A stretch of DNA of 64,000 nucleotides from an uncultured Candidatus Saccharibacteria bacterium (GCA_964474825.1 CAYYWQ010000001.1:741609-805608); one strand, 5' to 3'. Shown: positions 37,499-47,659, counted from the stretch's first letter. The notes: generated by a model not told the origin, from the letters alone. Program-made: numbers and translations.

Positions 37499-38608
37499 TT
37501 ATAATAGTTTATAGATACTTAGTGTCTCCTGTACTGTCTTGTCCCAGGAAAATTCTTTTGCTCTTGCCATGCCACCGCTTTGTCTGTTATTGCCGTGCAA
37601 AGATTTGCTAATTTTTTCGGCCATATCCGGAACGCTTGAAGGATCAAAGTATTCCGCAAACTCCCCAGCCACTTCGTAAAAAGAAGATGTATTGGAACAA
37701 ACCAAGGGAGTGCCGCAGGCTAAAGCCTCTAGCAAAGGAATACCAAAACCTTCGTAAAGCGAGGGAAAAACAAACGCTGCTGCGGTGTTATACCACATTA
37801 TTAAGTCCTGGTCGGAAACAAAACCAAAATTATGAACCTTATTTTTTATACCTAATTTTTCCAAAAGCTGATTTTCTTCAGCGGTAAAACTACCTCCTCC
37901 CAGAGTCACCACGTCTAAGTTTGGATTATTTAAACGGACGAAACTTTGCAAAAACGGCTGAAAATTTTTATAACCTATACGGGAGCCTAAAAAAAGCAAG
38001 AACGGTTTGCTAATATTTTTTTTAACTAAAAAATCTTTTTTTAAATTTGCGTCTTGTATTTTAACAAAAGTGTCGTTTACCCCCAAGTGAGTAACATAAA
38101 TTTTACTTTCACTAATATTATAAGCTTCCATTAAATCTTTTTTGGTGCTTTCCGAAATGGCAATAATAGCAGAAGCTGCATCAAAAGATTTTTTCTTAAT
38201 TTTTATAAACTCGTGGTCAGACTCTCTATAAAAAAAGTCGGGAAACTTTTCGTAAATCATGTCATAGACCGTAACAACTTGGGGGATCTTTAATGTAGGG
38301 AAAGTACTAAAATAAGTGGTGTGAAAAACTCCATTGGTTTTTTTGGACCAATAGTTATTTTCCAAATATTTATTTATAGGGTTTAAAAAACTCCCAAAAA
38401 ACCTACGGGGAGGAGGAATTCTAATGTTACCTATAGACTTTATATGGTCTTTTGGCAAAATAGGTAATTCGCCCAATATTCGGTTATGGGTAGCTAATTC
38501 AACATTCACGCCCATTTTATAAAGCCTCGGCAGAAGCTCGTTAAAATAACGGGAAATCCCGCCGGTTTTTTGGGCAGTATAAATTACACCGTCTATATAT
38601 AGGTTCAT
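37499..38608 (-). CDS. Glycosyltransferase family 4 (MtfB/WbaZ-like)
   Basis: GGISRYF, VYDMI, ISESTK, YKNF and FPSLYEGFGIPLLEA motifs. Confidence 0.92.
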   Translation of the reverse strand: MNLYIDGVIYTAQKTGGISRYFNELLPRLYKMGVNVELATHNRILGELPILPKDHIKSIGNIRIPPPRRFFGSFLNPINKYLENNYWSKKTNGVFHTTYFSTFPTLKIPQVVTVYDMIYEKFPDFFYRESDHEFIKIKKKSFDAASAIIAISESTKKDLMEAYNISESKIYVTHLGVNDTFVKIQDANLKKDFLVKKNISKPFLLFLGSRIGYKNFQPFLQSFVRLNNPNLDVVTLGGGSFTAEENQLLEKLGIKNKVHNFGFVSDQDLIMWYNTAAAFVFPSLYEGFGIPLLEALACGTPLVCSNTSSFYEVAGEFAEYFDPSSVPDMAEKISKSLHGNNRQSGGMARAKEFSWDKTVQETLSIYKLL

Positions 38609-39594
38609 TTGGAAAGTCTTTTTATATCCGCGTCTACCATCATTTCCACTAACTGTTTAAATTTAACCTTAGGCACCCAGCCCAGCTTTTTTTTAGCTTT
38701 GGTAGATTTTCCGTGAAGCGACAACAATTCAACCGGGCGCTTGAATTTTGAGTCCACCACCACGTACTTTTTCCAATTTCCTAAGTCCGCATGTTTAAAC
38801 GCCACGTCTAAGAAATCTTTTATGGAATGGGTTTGCCCTGTGGAAATAATATAGTCGTCAGGCTTTTGCTGCTGAAGCATTCTCCACATGGCTTCCACGT
38901 AGTCCCCCGCAAAACCCCAGTCGCGTCTGCTGCTTAAATTTCCTAAACGGATTTCTTTTGCCAGGCCCAATTTTATTTTAGCCACGCCGCTGGTAATTTT
39001 TCTGGTAACAAATTCAGTTCCCCTTAGCGGCGACTCGTGGTTAAACAAAATTCCGTTACAGCAAAACATTCCATAACTTTCCCTAAAGTTGTTAGTTATC
39101 CAGTAGCCGTATAGTTTGGAAATAGCATAAGGGCTTTTTGGCTTAAATGGAGTATTTTCTGTTTGAAGACCTTTTTCACTGCTGTCCCCAAACATTTCAC
39201 TGGTAGAGGCCTGATAAAACTTTACCCTAGGAACATAAGTTTTAAGAGCCGTAAGCAAAGAAAGTACACCTAAAGCATTTGTTTCCGTGGTTTTCTTAGA
39301 ATCCTGCCAGGAGCTGCCCACAAAAGATTGCGCTGCTAAATTATAAACTTCGTCCGGCCTTATTTGCTTAATTATTTTTTCTAAGGATTTTTCGTTGGTT
39401 AAATCCCCGCTGACAAAATTAATTTTTTTGGTAATATCTAAATAGTCAGTATTGGAAAAATCGGTCCGGGCTTTTGAGCGAACCATACCAAAAACTTTAT
39501 AGCCTTTGGCTAATAAAAGTTTTGCTAAATACGCCCCGTCTTGGCCGGTTACTCCGGTTACTAATGCTTTTTTCACCCCATTAGAACTTTTCAT
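38605..39594 (-). CDS. gmd: GDP-mannose 4,6-dehydratase
   Basis: GVTGQDGAYLA, YNLAAQS, YQASTSE, SPYAISK, LFNHESPLRG and RDWG motifs. Confidence 0.93.
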   Translation of the reverse strand: MKSSNGVKKALVTGVTGQDGAYLAKLLLAKGYKVFGMVRSKARTDFSNTDYLDITKKINFVSGDLTNEKSLEKIIKQIRPDEVYNLAAQSFVGSSWQDSKKTTETNALGVLSLLTALKTYVPRVKFYQASTSEMFGDSSEKGLQTENTPFKPKSPYAISKLYGYWITNNFRESYGMFCCNGILFNHESPLRGTEFVTRKITSGVAKIKLGLAKEIRLGNLSSRRDWGFAGDYVEAMWRMLQQQKPDDYIISTGQTHSIKDFLDVAFKHADLGNWKKYVVVDSKFKRPVELLSLHGKSTKAKKKLGWVPKVKFKQLVEMMVDADIKRLSK

Positions 39595-40295
39595 ATAGAT
39601 GTCTTACAAATAAAGAATGTCCTGCTATTGCTGTTTAGGTGATTTGAGAATTGTTTTTTTGCAATAATTTGACAGCCAAGACCTTCCAAATATTTAGCTA
39701 CCCACTCCTCCGGGTTCTCTCCCATAAACGCCAAGTCCTTACTCCAGTACTGTCCCTGCTCGCCGTATTGTCCAGTTTCAAAAATAAAATATTTGCATTT
39801 TTTGCTTAAAATTTTCATAATTTTTCCGGCTTCTTCAAAACCTTCAAAATGCACAACATGATGAAAAACATTTAAAAAACTAATGGCGCCGTAAAAAGGC
39901 AGCTTTTCTGCCAAGTCAGAGGTTAGTTTTGCTTTGATAAAAGAAATATTGTCTAGGTCATTTAGACTAACTATTGCGTTGCTATATGCCCAAGGCACAT
40001 ATGCTACTTCCAGGCCCTGGGCCAGAATTTTTTGCCCTTCGGCAATTTTAAAAACAAAATACCCAAGCTGGGAACCAATATCCAAGTAGCTCCCAATTTG
40101 ACTAAAATCCATATTCTGCTTCATAAAATCAACCCTGTCCTGCGAAGCCCTTTTGCCGTCCTCTTTGCCAAATAAATGGTAGTGGTTTGGGTTATAAGTA
40201 GGCTGGTACAGTTCGGAAAGCTTAAACACCCTAACCATATTAATATAGACTAGGGCAAAAAATTTAGTTAACTTTTGACTGTTTAATAATCTCAT
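39591..40295 (-). CDS. SAM-dependent methyltransferase, WbdD MTase-like
   Basis: ELYQ, LDIGSQLGYF, LNVFHHVVH..G, FE...E..YW and F.NHL...R pattern. Confidence 0.78.
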   Translation of the reverse strand: MRLLNSQKLTKFFALVYINMVRVFKLSELYQPTYNPNHYHLFGKEDGKRASQDRVDFMKQNMDFSQIGSYLDIGSQLGYFVFKIAEGQKILAQGLEVAYVPWAYSNAIVSLNDLDNISFIKAKLTSDLAEKLPFYGAISFLNVFHHVVHFEGFEEAGKIMKILSKKCKYFIFETGQYGEQGQYWSKDLAFMGENPEEWVAKYLEGLGCQIIAKKQFSNHLNSNSRTFFICKTSI

Positions 40296-41320
40296 AAAAC
40301 CTCTTGGGCGTAATTTAATAATTTAATTGCGGCAGGATCTTCTGCCTTAAAATTTTGCAAACTTAATATTAGCATTCTGTAAAAAAATAAATATTTTAAT
40401 TGCTTTTCTATGGGCTTATTAAAAATTATGTGCGCTATTTGTAACTTGTCGCTTATAAGCAAAGCTGTTTTGCCCAACAATAATTCGTAAGACGGCTTTT
40501 CCAAATAAGTTTGGCGATGGACCTCAAACAGCCACACATCGAATTCCATAAAACTCACCGCCGAACGGTCAAAGTCAAAAAAAGAAAAATGCCCTTCATT
40601 AACTAAAATATTTTTATAGGTTAAATCACCGTGGATTAATGTTTTTATGGCAGTAAATTTACCTCTATTGATGGCCTGGTCTAAAATTTTATTCCTTATA
40701 ATAGTTAATTGCTCGTTCCAAACCGCCGGATAATAATTTTTTATAGCTTCAAAGTTGCTCAGTTCTGCTTCAAGATTAAACTCCGAGCTTTGCTTATTAT
40801 TCTTATAAAAATTGGCTAGCTCTCTGAAAATATCTTTTGCCAAACCTTCTGCTTGCCCTACCCCTATTGGTTTGCCGGGAAGCAAAGTTTCCGTGGTAAC
40901 GACAATATTGCCGGATTCATTTATACTAAGGGGCTTGGGGGTTAATATGCCCTGAATGTTTTTCAGGGCAGCATAATTATTTTTTAGGTTGAAGCTGCCG
41001 ATTTTATTAAACGACATCCTGTAAACCTGTTTCTTTTCCCGGTTTACGGCCACCAAGTTATTATAGCTTATAAAGACCTCAATGTTTCTAAAATCTAAAA
41101 ACTTTCCCACAGCGTCATAAAAACTTTTGGGCATTACAAGCAGCCGGTTTTTGGTTTTTACGCATACAAAATTGCTGTTGTTTTTAGCCAAATAATTTTT
41201 TAAAAAATATTCCTTTATTCCCAAAAGCCAGTCGCGGATTTCAATAAAATCATCAATTCTAAAATCGCCCCGGGTTTCAGGCAATTTTAAACGCAATAAT
41301 TGTTTGGAAATAAAAAACAT
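40292..41320 (-). CDS. Phosphotransferase (APH/kinase-like)
   Basis: IHGDLTYKNIL and FFDFD catalytic motifs. Confidence 0.8.
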   Translation of the reverse strand: MFFISKQLLRLKLPETRGDFRIDDFIEIRDWLLGIKEYFLKNYLAKNNSNFVCVKTKNRLLVMPKSFYDAVGKFLDFRNIEVFISYNNLVAVNREKKQVYRMSFNKIGSFNLKNNYAALKNIQGILTPKPLSINESGNIVVTTETLLPGKPIGVGQAEGLAKDIFRELANFYKNNKQSSEFNLEAELSNFEAIKNYYPAVWNEQLTIIRNKILDQAINRGKFTAIKTLIHGDLTYKNILVNEGHFSFFDFDRSAVSFMEFDVWLFEVHRQTYLEKPSYELLLGKTALLISDKLQIAHIIFNKPIEKQLKYLFFYRMLILSLQNFKAEDPAAIKLLNYAQEVL

Positions 41321-41323
41321 TGC

Positions 41324-42859
41324 TTACAAATTTATTAAACGTTTAAAATTCGGCTTTTGAATTTCCCCAATATACCTTACAGCTTCATTATAAATTACAT
41401 CTTTTTTTAAGGCGTACTGCTCCGCTACCCTGTCCCAATACCACTGCCTCATATTCGGGTCTTTTTCCTCAGCAGAAGAAAGTATAGGGCAAGCTGTTAG
41501 ATTGGGCCGCGACACGCGATAAATAAAAATGTAAGCGGCCTTAGCCCTGTCCTGTACTAGTTTTGTTAATTTTTCTATGGAATGAGCTTTTTCCAAAACA
41601 GCAAAATATTCTTTGGCGGTTGTAGGCTCAATGGCAAAACCAAGTCCTGTGTAAAAACTGTCCCCGGCAATTAAAGACGGCACAGCGCCCATAGCAGGCA
41701 GCTCAAACCCGGCGCTGCCCAAACAGGTAATTACCATATCCGCGCACGTTACGAGACTCCTGGTGTCTATTTGTTTTTCTTCGCTAATGTAAATTACGTT
41801 CTCCGGCAAATTGCTGAACAGCTCGTCAAAATTTACGTCTGTCGTTCTGTAATACCGAATAGAAGGATGCTGTTTAAAAATCCAGTTAACGCTTTTGTTT
41901 TGTTTGGCAAAATCCAAAGTTTTTTTAAACCAGTCGTAATAGTCTTTAAAAATCATCCAGCGGAAATGAGAATGCGGATAGTCGTTAAAAGCGTGCATTA
42001 AAACAAAAATATTTTTTTTGTTTGAGTCAACTTTATATTCTTTGTTAAAGTCAGCGCGGCTATTGTAAAGCGCGCTGCTTTCCACAAAAGCTTCGGCCGC
42101 GTCCCTGTCCCCGTTTCCGGAAATTTGGTGAGCTAATTCCTTTTGGAACTCCTGCTCAAGTCCCTGACCTAAAACTTGGGTAACTTTGTCCACGTCTTCC
42201 GGAAAAGGCTTGTGTTCGTAGTCGTAAACTTCCTCCAGTTTCCTAAAGCACTGGAAGGTAGATTGGTGGTGGCCGGCGCGCAAAAAACCTTTAAAGCCGT
42301 GGCGCAAAGCTACGCGCAGCATAACGCCGCTGCTAATAGAAACCTGGTGCGACACAAGCACGCCTTTATAGTTGTCGCTGAAAAGTATTTTTTTTATCCT
42401 AATATGCCGGGCAATAATGCTGGCAATAACGCGAATAAATTTATAATCTATTTTCCTTACCGTAGCTACGGAGTTGTTGGCCAAGTAGGTGTCGTAAATA
42501 ATATCGCCATACCTGACGCCGTCGTAGGTAATGGCCAAAATATTCCTGGTGAATAAAGTTTTTATATATATTAAAATGGAGGTCAAGGTTATATAGACAT
42601 ATCCAAAAATAGAAATTTGATAAATTTTTCTGGTTTCCGCCGTGGCCACGTAGGAGCGGAGCAGTTCTATTGGGTGGCAAAAGGCGCTGTAAAGCCAAAC
42701 AGGCGTGTAGCCTTGGGCCTGGTTTAAAATTAAAGCATAAACCGCGTTAGCGTGGTCTATGGAGTCGTTGTTTGGCTCTTCTAGCAAAAGTTTTCCGGCT
42801 CCCTGCTTGGCCGGAAACTTTGACCAAAACTTTTTATTGATTTCTGAAAAATTGATCAT
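41324..42859 (-). CDS. Capsule-biosynthesis-like protein, possible nonulosonic acid transferase
   Basis: HAFND.PH, FKQHP, GSAGFE and FYTGLGF motifs; adjacent to the pse genes. Confidence 0.6.
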   Translation of the reverse strand: MINFSEINKKFWSKFPAKQGAGKLLLEEPNNDSIDHANAVYALILNQAQGYTPVWLYSAFCHPIELLRSYVATAETRKIYQISIFGYVYITLTSILIYIKTLFTRNILAITYDGVRYGDIIYDTYLANNSVATVRKIDYKFIRVIASIIARHIRIKKILFSDNYKGVLVSHQVSISSGVMLRVALRHGFKGFLRAGHHQSTFQCFRKLEEVYDYEHKPFPEDVDKVTQVLGQGLEQEFQKELAHQISGNGDRDAAEAFVESSALYNSRADFNKEYKVDSNKKNIFVLMHAFNDYPHSHFRWMIFKDYYDWFKKTLDFAKQNKSVNWIFKQHPSIRYYRTTDVNFDELFSNLPENVIYISEEKQIDTRSLVTCADMVITCLGSAGFELPAMGAVPSLIAGDSFYTGLGFAIEPTTAKEYFAVLEKAHSIEKLTKLVQDRAKAAYIFIYRVSRPNLTACPILSSAEEKDPNMRQWYWDRVAEQYALKKDVIYNEAVRYIGEIQKPNFKRLINL

Positions 42860-42872
42860 TTAAAAAAATTAA

Positions 42873-43631
42873 TTACAGACGGACGTTAACACCATGCTCA
42901 TGCAAATATTGTTTGGCTTCCAAAGGAGTCTGCTGGGTAAAATGGAAAATACTTGCCGCGGCCACGGCGGAAGCCCCTCCCTGCTCAATAACTTCCAGCA
43001 TATGCTGATAATTTCCGGCGCCGCCTGAGGCAATTACAGGAATAGTTACGGCAGAGGTAACTTTTTTTGTGAGCTCTACGTCATAACCCAGCATTGTGCC
43101 GTCACGGTCAATGGACGTGAGCAAAATCTCTCCGGCCCCCAAGTCCTGTAATTTTTTAGCCAGCTCTTCCGGCGCCTGCCCCGTGGGTTTTTGCCCGGAA
43201 TTAATATAGGCTTCGTGCTTTCCCTCAGCGTTTTTTTTAACGTCTATGGCCACCACCACGCACTGGACTCCAAATTTATTGGCAATTTCAGTAATTAATT
43301 CAGGGTTAGTCAGCGCGGCCGTGCCCACAATAACTTTGTCAGCGCCAACGCTGAGCAGTTTCCTTACGTCTTCCAAAGAATTAACTCCCCCGCCCACAGA
43401 CAAAGGCATAAAACACTGGTTAGCCATCTCCTGCACTAAATCAAAATCCGGCTGGCGTTTTTCGTTGGTCGCGGAAATGTCCAAAAAAGCCAGCTCATCC
43501 ACGTCCCGCATATTGTAAACCTTAACGGTTTGCATAACCGAGCCGACCCGACGCCAGCTGTCAAACTTTACTCCTTTAACCAAAGTAAAATTTTTAAACA
43601 GCAAGGTTGGAATAACACGCAATTTAAGCAT
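42873..43631 (-). CDS. hisF: HisF-like cyclase paralogue (WbuZ/AglZ-type, glycan amidination)
   Basis: RVIPTLL, VDELAFLDI, MPLSVGGG, GADKV, GAGEILLTSIDRDG and ASGGAG motifs; next to an N-acetyl sugar amidotransferase. Confidence 0.88.
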   Translation of the reverse strand: MLKLRVIPTLLFKNFTLVKGVKFDSWRRVGSVMQTVKVYNMRDVDELAFLDISATNEKRQPDFDLVQEMANQCFMPLSVGGGVNSLEDVRKLLSVGADKVIVGTAALTNPELITEIANKFGVQCVVVAIDVKKNAEGKHEAYINSGQKPTGQAPEELAKKLQDLGAGEILLTSIDRDGTMLGYDVELTKKVTSAVTIPVIASGGAGNYQHMLEVIEQGGASAVAAASIFHFTQQTPLEAKQYLHEHGVNVRL

Positions 43632-43635
43632 ACAG

Positions 43636-44790
43636 TTAGCTAACGTTATCGTCGTTGATCTTTCTCAAATTACCGTCTTTGTCTTTTACCAAATTACCCG
43701 CGGAGTCGCAGGCGAATAATTTTTTATTGGTAAAGCTGTCGCAAATTTTTACAAACTCTTCCATTGTCATATCTATGTCTTTTAAAATCTCGGAAAGCGG
43801 GCAGCCTAAGTAAGTAATAGGAAATTTGCCGCCATGCTTTTTTACCAATTCAATAGCTTCTTGGCGGCTTAACCTGCCGCGACGAATGTGCCAGCAAGCC
43901 CAGTCTGTGGCGCGGTCGTAACCGAACTTTAAAAATTTAAAATAATCATGAACACGCATTTGCAAATTGTCCAAGTTTTCGTAAGCAACAATAGAACCTT
44001 CCACTATGGTGGGATAAGCTTCAAAACCATGCGCCTGGGCAATAAACGCATTAGTGTGGCCGTCCCAAGGCAAATAATAACCTGTATAAATGCCGGTAAC
44101 ACCCACTCTTTGCAACTCTTCGTCTGTTGGATAGGTAAACTGGATTAAGTGCTTTTGCTCAATACCTTCCTGGCCAAGCAAATCCACTACCCTAAGTCCA
44201 TTCATGCCGCCAAACTCTTCAAGCCAGCGCCTGTTTAAGACATTGTCTTTGGCCGCGGCCGCGGGTCCGCCGTTTTCATTTTGCGCGTTCTCCCCCCAAA
44301 TAATTAGCGGCACGTTATATTCCACAGCAACTCTTACAGGAATGGTAAAAATAGAAACATGCTCAGGCCAGGAAATATCACCCACTTGTTTTAAAGCCAA
44401 CCGGTTTATACGCCTTCTTACAACCGGGTTTGTAGAAACTTCTATATAATCCACACCTAATTTTTTTATATTTTCAATATTCCTTCTACCTATTTCGGAA
44501 AGTTTGTCTGTGGTAGCGGTTACACATAGCGGATTCATTCCCATTTCCAGCATTTTAATGGTTTGGAAATGACTGTCTTTACCGCCGCTGACCGGAATTA
44601 TACAGTCGTAATTTTTTCCGTCACGACTTCGATATTTGTCCAAAATTTTGGAAAGCTCCTGCTTGCGCGCGTCCCAGTCTATGGTTTTGCGGTTTTCGTA
44701 GGAAATGCAAGCATCACAAACCCCGCCGTCTATAAATAGGTCGGGCTTGGTTTCCGGCATAACGCATTTGGTACAATATTTTATATTCAT
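43636..44790 (-). CDS. N-acetyl sugar amidotransferase (WbuX/PseA family)
   Basis: CTKCVMP, YDCIIPVSGGKDS PP-loop, WGEN and HDYFKFLKFGY motifs. Confidence 0.9.
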   Translation of the reverse strand: MNIKYCTKCVMPETKPDLFIDGGVCDACISYENRKTIDWDARKQELSKILDKYRSRDGKNYDCIIPVSGGKDSHFQTIKMLEMGMNPLCVTATTDKLSEIGRRNIENIKKLGVDYIEVSTNPVVRRRINRLALKQVGDISWPEHVSIFTIPVRVAVEYNVPLIIWGENAQNENGGPAAAAKDNVLNRRWLEEFGGMNGLRVVDLLGQEGIEQKHLIQFTYPTDEELQRVGVTGIYTGYYLPWDGHTNAFIAQAHGFEAYPTIVEGSIVAYENLDNLQMRVHDYFKFLKFGYDRATDWACWHIRRGRLSRQEAIELVKKHGGKFPITYLGCPLSEILKDIDMTMEEFVKICDSFTNKKLFACDSAGNLVKDKDGNLRKINDDNVS

Positions 44791-44806
44791 AATGGTTGGT
44801 GATTAA

Positions 44807-45529
44807 TTAGTGTAGCTTTTGCTTAATTGTAGAATTTATTGTTGCAATTTCCGGGTGTTGTTTTAAAAAGGTAATTACTTCGGCCGCATTGATTATTTTA
44901 TTTTGCTCGTAAAATTTATTGTAAATTAAGCTCAGCATTTCATAATCTTTTTCTTCGTCAAGCGTTAAACGGAAATCTCCGAGCAAATTTTCCGGCATTT
45001 CATAAGTTAAAGTTTTGCCGTTTTTAATAATATAAAGTGTTACGTGTTCGCGTTCAGCCGGTAAGTTTGCATTTTCGTTGGCTGATGATAAAGCCTCGGC
45101 AGAAAAAATTTCACAATCAAGGCCGCGGGGAAAATTCCTGTTTAGCACATTACTTACATAATCCGCGTTTCCTTCTAAAAACATTTTTATACAGCCGTCT
45201 ATTACAGCAGGGTCTATTAACGGGCAATCTGCAGTAATTCTTACAACCACATCTAACTCATATTCTTTGGCGCAGGAGGCAAAACGGTTTAAAACGTCTA
45301 ACTGGCTGCCGCGGTAAACCTCTATATTATTACTTTGGCAAAACTGGTTTATGGCATCGTCAGCTTTTTCCGTGGATGTGGCCACAATAACAGCGTTAGC
45401 CAATTTGCTATGCTTACAGCGCTCTACCATATGCCATAGCACGGGCTTGCCGCCTAAGTCTTTTAAAACTTTGCCGGGCAAACGACTGGCTCCCATTCTG
45501 GCTTGAATTATAATCCCAACTTTAGGCAT
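44807..45529 (-). CDS. spsF: SpsF-type cytidylyltransferase (PseF role, CMP-nonulosonate synthetase)
   Basis: IQARMGASRLPGKVL, DVLNRF, RITADCP, REHVT and RLTLD motifs. Confidence 0.85.
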   Translation of the reverse strand: MPKVGIIIQARMGASRLPGKVLKDLGGKPVLWHMVERCKHSKLANAVIVATSTEKADDAINQFCQSNNIEVYRGSQLDVLNRFASCAKEYELDVVVRITADCPLIDPAVIDGCIKMFLEGNADYVSNVLNRNFPRGLDCEIFSAEALSSANENANLPAEREHVTLYIIKNGKTLTYEMPENLLGDFRLTLDEEKDYEMLSLIYNKFYEQNKIINAAEVITFLKQHPEIATINSTIKQKLH

Positions 45530-46580
45530 AAGGCTGTTTTTTATAAAAGAGTTCTAAAACTTTATTATTCTTCTGTTTAATTTTAAAACCCGCGCGCGTA
45601 AAAACTTTTAGTGAAGCCTCGTTTTCCGGTTTCACTTCCGCAATAATTGTTTTTACGTTCTTATGTTTTAAGAAAAAACTTTCGCACGCAATCTGAATGG
45701 CGGGAACGCCATAACCCTTGCTTCTAACTTTCTTATGTATAGCAACGCTTATTTCCGCACTATCCCCCTGTTGGTCAAAACGCACCTGACCCACAGCACT
45801 TCCCTTGCTGTCCTGTAAAATATATAAAAATCTTTGGCTGTTTTTTAAAACTTTTTTCAGCCATTCCAAATGTTTCGGCCATTTAATAATTTCCTGTGAA
45901 AAAGAATTCTGTCTGACTTCCGGATCATTGCGCAATTGCCACAAAAATTTAGCGTCGCTAATTTTGGCTTTGCGTAAATTGAGTCTCGGGCTTTTTGCTT
46001 CTAAATAATCAATACCCTTCTTAATATTAACTAAATCGTTTTGGTATTTTATTAACTTCTGTTCTTCAGTCTTTTGCAGTTTATTGCTAGCCATATCCCG
46101 GCCTCCGGGTTTTTTGTTTCCGGGAATTACGGCAAAACGGTTTATAACCCTGCCCCTGTAACCCAAAACTTCAGCGGCTTTTAAAAAAGTCAGGAACACA
46201 CGGAATTGGTAATACGGCCAAGAGCCAACAACAATTATACTTTTCCAGTTATGTTTTTTTGCCAGGTTAATAATATTTATTCCCTGGTCTTTAGTATTAA
46301 AAGATTTACTGTCCACCAAAATGTCCCGGCTTTTTACCCCGTGCCTAATTAGCCAAGCTTTCATTTCGCCTAAAGTAATGTTGTTTTCCCCGGGCCTAAT
46401 TTTTCCCAAAAGGACATTGTTGCCTGACATTACAATTTTTTTAGCCCAGCCTTTTTTATAAAGCTCAGCTACTTTTGGGCCGCGGTCTAACCTGTCGCCA
46501 TGCAGCCAAACAGCCGCGTCAGAAACCTGAAGGCGGTCGTGATAAATAAGCTGGTTTAATTGTTTAACTGTAGGTTTCAT
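45522..46580 (-). CDS. Fusion: DUF218 (YdcF/ElyC-like) domain plus PseH-like GNAT N-acetyltransferase (start MKPTVK)
   Basis: N-half DAAVWLHG..R...ELYKKG.A.KIVMSG...GV...IL.D..S.NT; C-half LRKA..SD...LWQLRNDPEVRQNSF...H..W...GQVRFD...KGYG...N.AS..VF...GF; TAATG coupling to pseI. Confidence 0.8.
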   Translation of the reverse strand: MKPTVKQLNQLIYHDRLQVSDAAVWLHGDRLDRGPKVAELYKKGWAKKIVMSGNNVLLGKIRPGENNITLGEMKAWLIRHGVKSRDILVDSKSFNTKDQGINIINLAKKHNWKSIIVVGSWPYYQFRVFLTFLKAAEVLGYRGRVINRFAVIPGNKKPGGRDMASNKLQKTEEQKLIKYQNDLVNIKKGIDYLEAKSPRLNLRKAKISDAKFLWQLRNDPEVRQNSFSQEIIKWPKHLEWLKKVLKNSQRFLYILQDSKGSAVGQVRFDQQGDSAEISVAIHKKVRSKGYGVPAIQIACESFFLKHKNVKTIIAEVKPENEASLKVFTRAGFKIKQKNNKVLELFYKKQPYA

Positions 46581-47659
46581 TAATTTACTAAATTCCAAGA
46601 AAGCGGCGTGCCGCGTTCTATGTCTTTCTTAGCTGTTTTTTCTAACACTTTGTCCAAATATTTAACTTCCAAACCATAAGCCGGACGGATAGAGCGCACA
46701 TTTTTTAAACTAAATTTTTCGCCTTTTTTTACATTTGCGACCACAAATAAAGACCTGCGGAACTGGCGGTTGTATTTTTCAGCAGCAGTCCTAGGTCCAT
46801 ATTTAACAACACCCAAAGCCTGCTCCTGCGCGCGTATGCCGCTAACCATTTCCTTAAATGTTTTGGCGTCGAGGGAAAAATTGTCGTCCAAAGCCGCTTT
46901 GTCATGCTTTATTACAAAATGCTTTTCTATGATATTAGCTCCCAAAGTTGCTGCCAAAACCGGAATTTCGACACCACCCATATTGTCGGAAAAACCACTG
47001 ACCACTTTAAACCTTTTGGCTAAATCTACAATAGTTTTTAAATTGGCGGATATTCCCTCGCCAGAAGAGCTATAAGAAGTAGTGCAGTGAAGCAAAGCTA
47101 ATTGCTTAGCTCCTGCTTTTCGTAAAACTTCTACGGAATATTTTATTTCCGGCAATGTGGCAAACCCTACCGACATAATTACCGGCTTGCCTGTTGCCGC
47201 GACTTTTTTTAAAAGCTGCGTGTCTGTAGCTTCGTAGGAAGCAATTTTGTAGCAAGGTACTTTTAATTTTTGCAAAAAATCTACTGCGGTAACGTCAAAA
47301 GGCGTGGAAAAAAAAGTTAAACCTAAGGCCTCTGTAATTTTTTTTAGTTTGGGCGTCCACTCCCAGGGCATATAGGCCTTTCGGTATAACTCATAAAAAG
47401 TCTGCCCTTTCCAGGCTTTAGGATTGTCTTTACCGCCTACCATAAACCACTTCTTGCGGGAATCTATAGTTAAAGTGTCAGCAGTATATGTCTGCACTTT
47501 AACAGCGTCTGCCCCGGCTTTTGCCGCGGCTTTAATTAAAGCCACTGCTTGTTTAAAACTTTGATTATGATTAGCTGACATTTCCGCAATAATAAAAGCC
47601 GGATGGCCTGGGCCAATTTTTCTTTTTCCTTTTGGGGTTTGAATGATTATTTGAGGCAT
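46580..47659 (-). CDS. pseI: Pseudaminic acid synthase
   Basis: IIAEMSANHNQ, KVQTYTADTLT, STPFD, KIASYE, EKHF and RRSL motifs plus a SAF domain. Confidence 0.9.
   Translation of the reverse strand: MPQIIIQTPKGKRKIGPGHPAFIIAEMSANHNQSFKQAVALIKAAAKAGADAVKVQTYTADTLTIDSRKKWFMVGGKDNPKAWKGQTFYELYRKAYMPWEWTPKLKKITEALGLTFFSTPFDVTAVDFLQKLKVPCYKIASYEATDTQLLKKVAATGKPVIMSVGFATLPEIKYSVEVLRKAGAKQLALLHCTTSYSSSGEGISANLKTIVDLAKRFKVVSGFSDNMGGVEIPVLAATLGANIIEKHFVIKHDKAALDDNFSLDAKTFKEMVSGIRAQEQALGVVKYGPRTAAEKYNRQFRRSLFVVANVKKGEKFSLKNVRSIRPAYGLEVKYLDKVLEKTAKKDIERGTPLSWNLVN

Noticed and set aside
39574-39586. CACCCCATTAGAA at the gmd start, resembling one arm of a CCCCGTTAGAAA-type palindrome
   Set aside because: Single imperfect arm with no partner in the window; cannot be supported without a genome-wide search.
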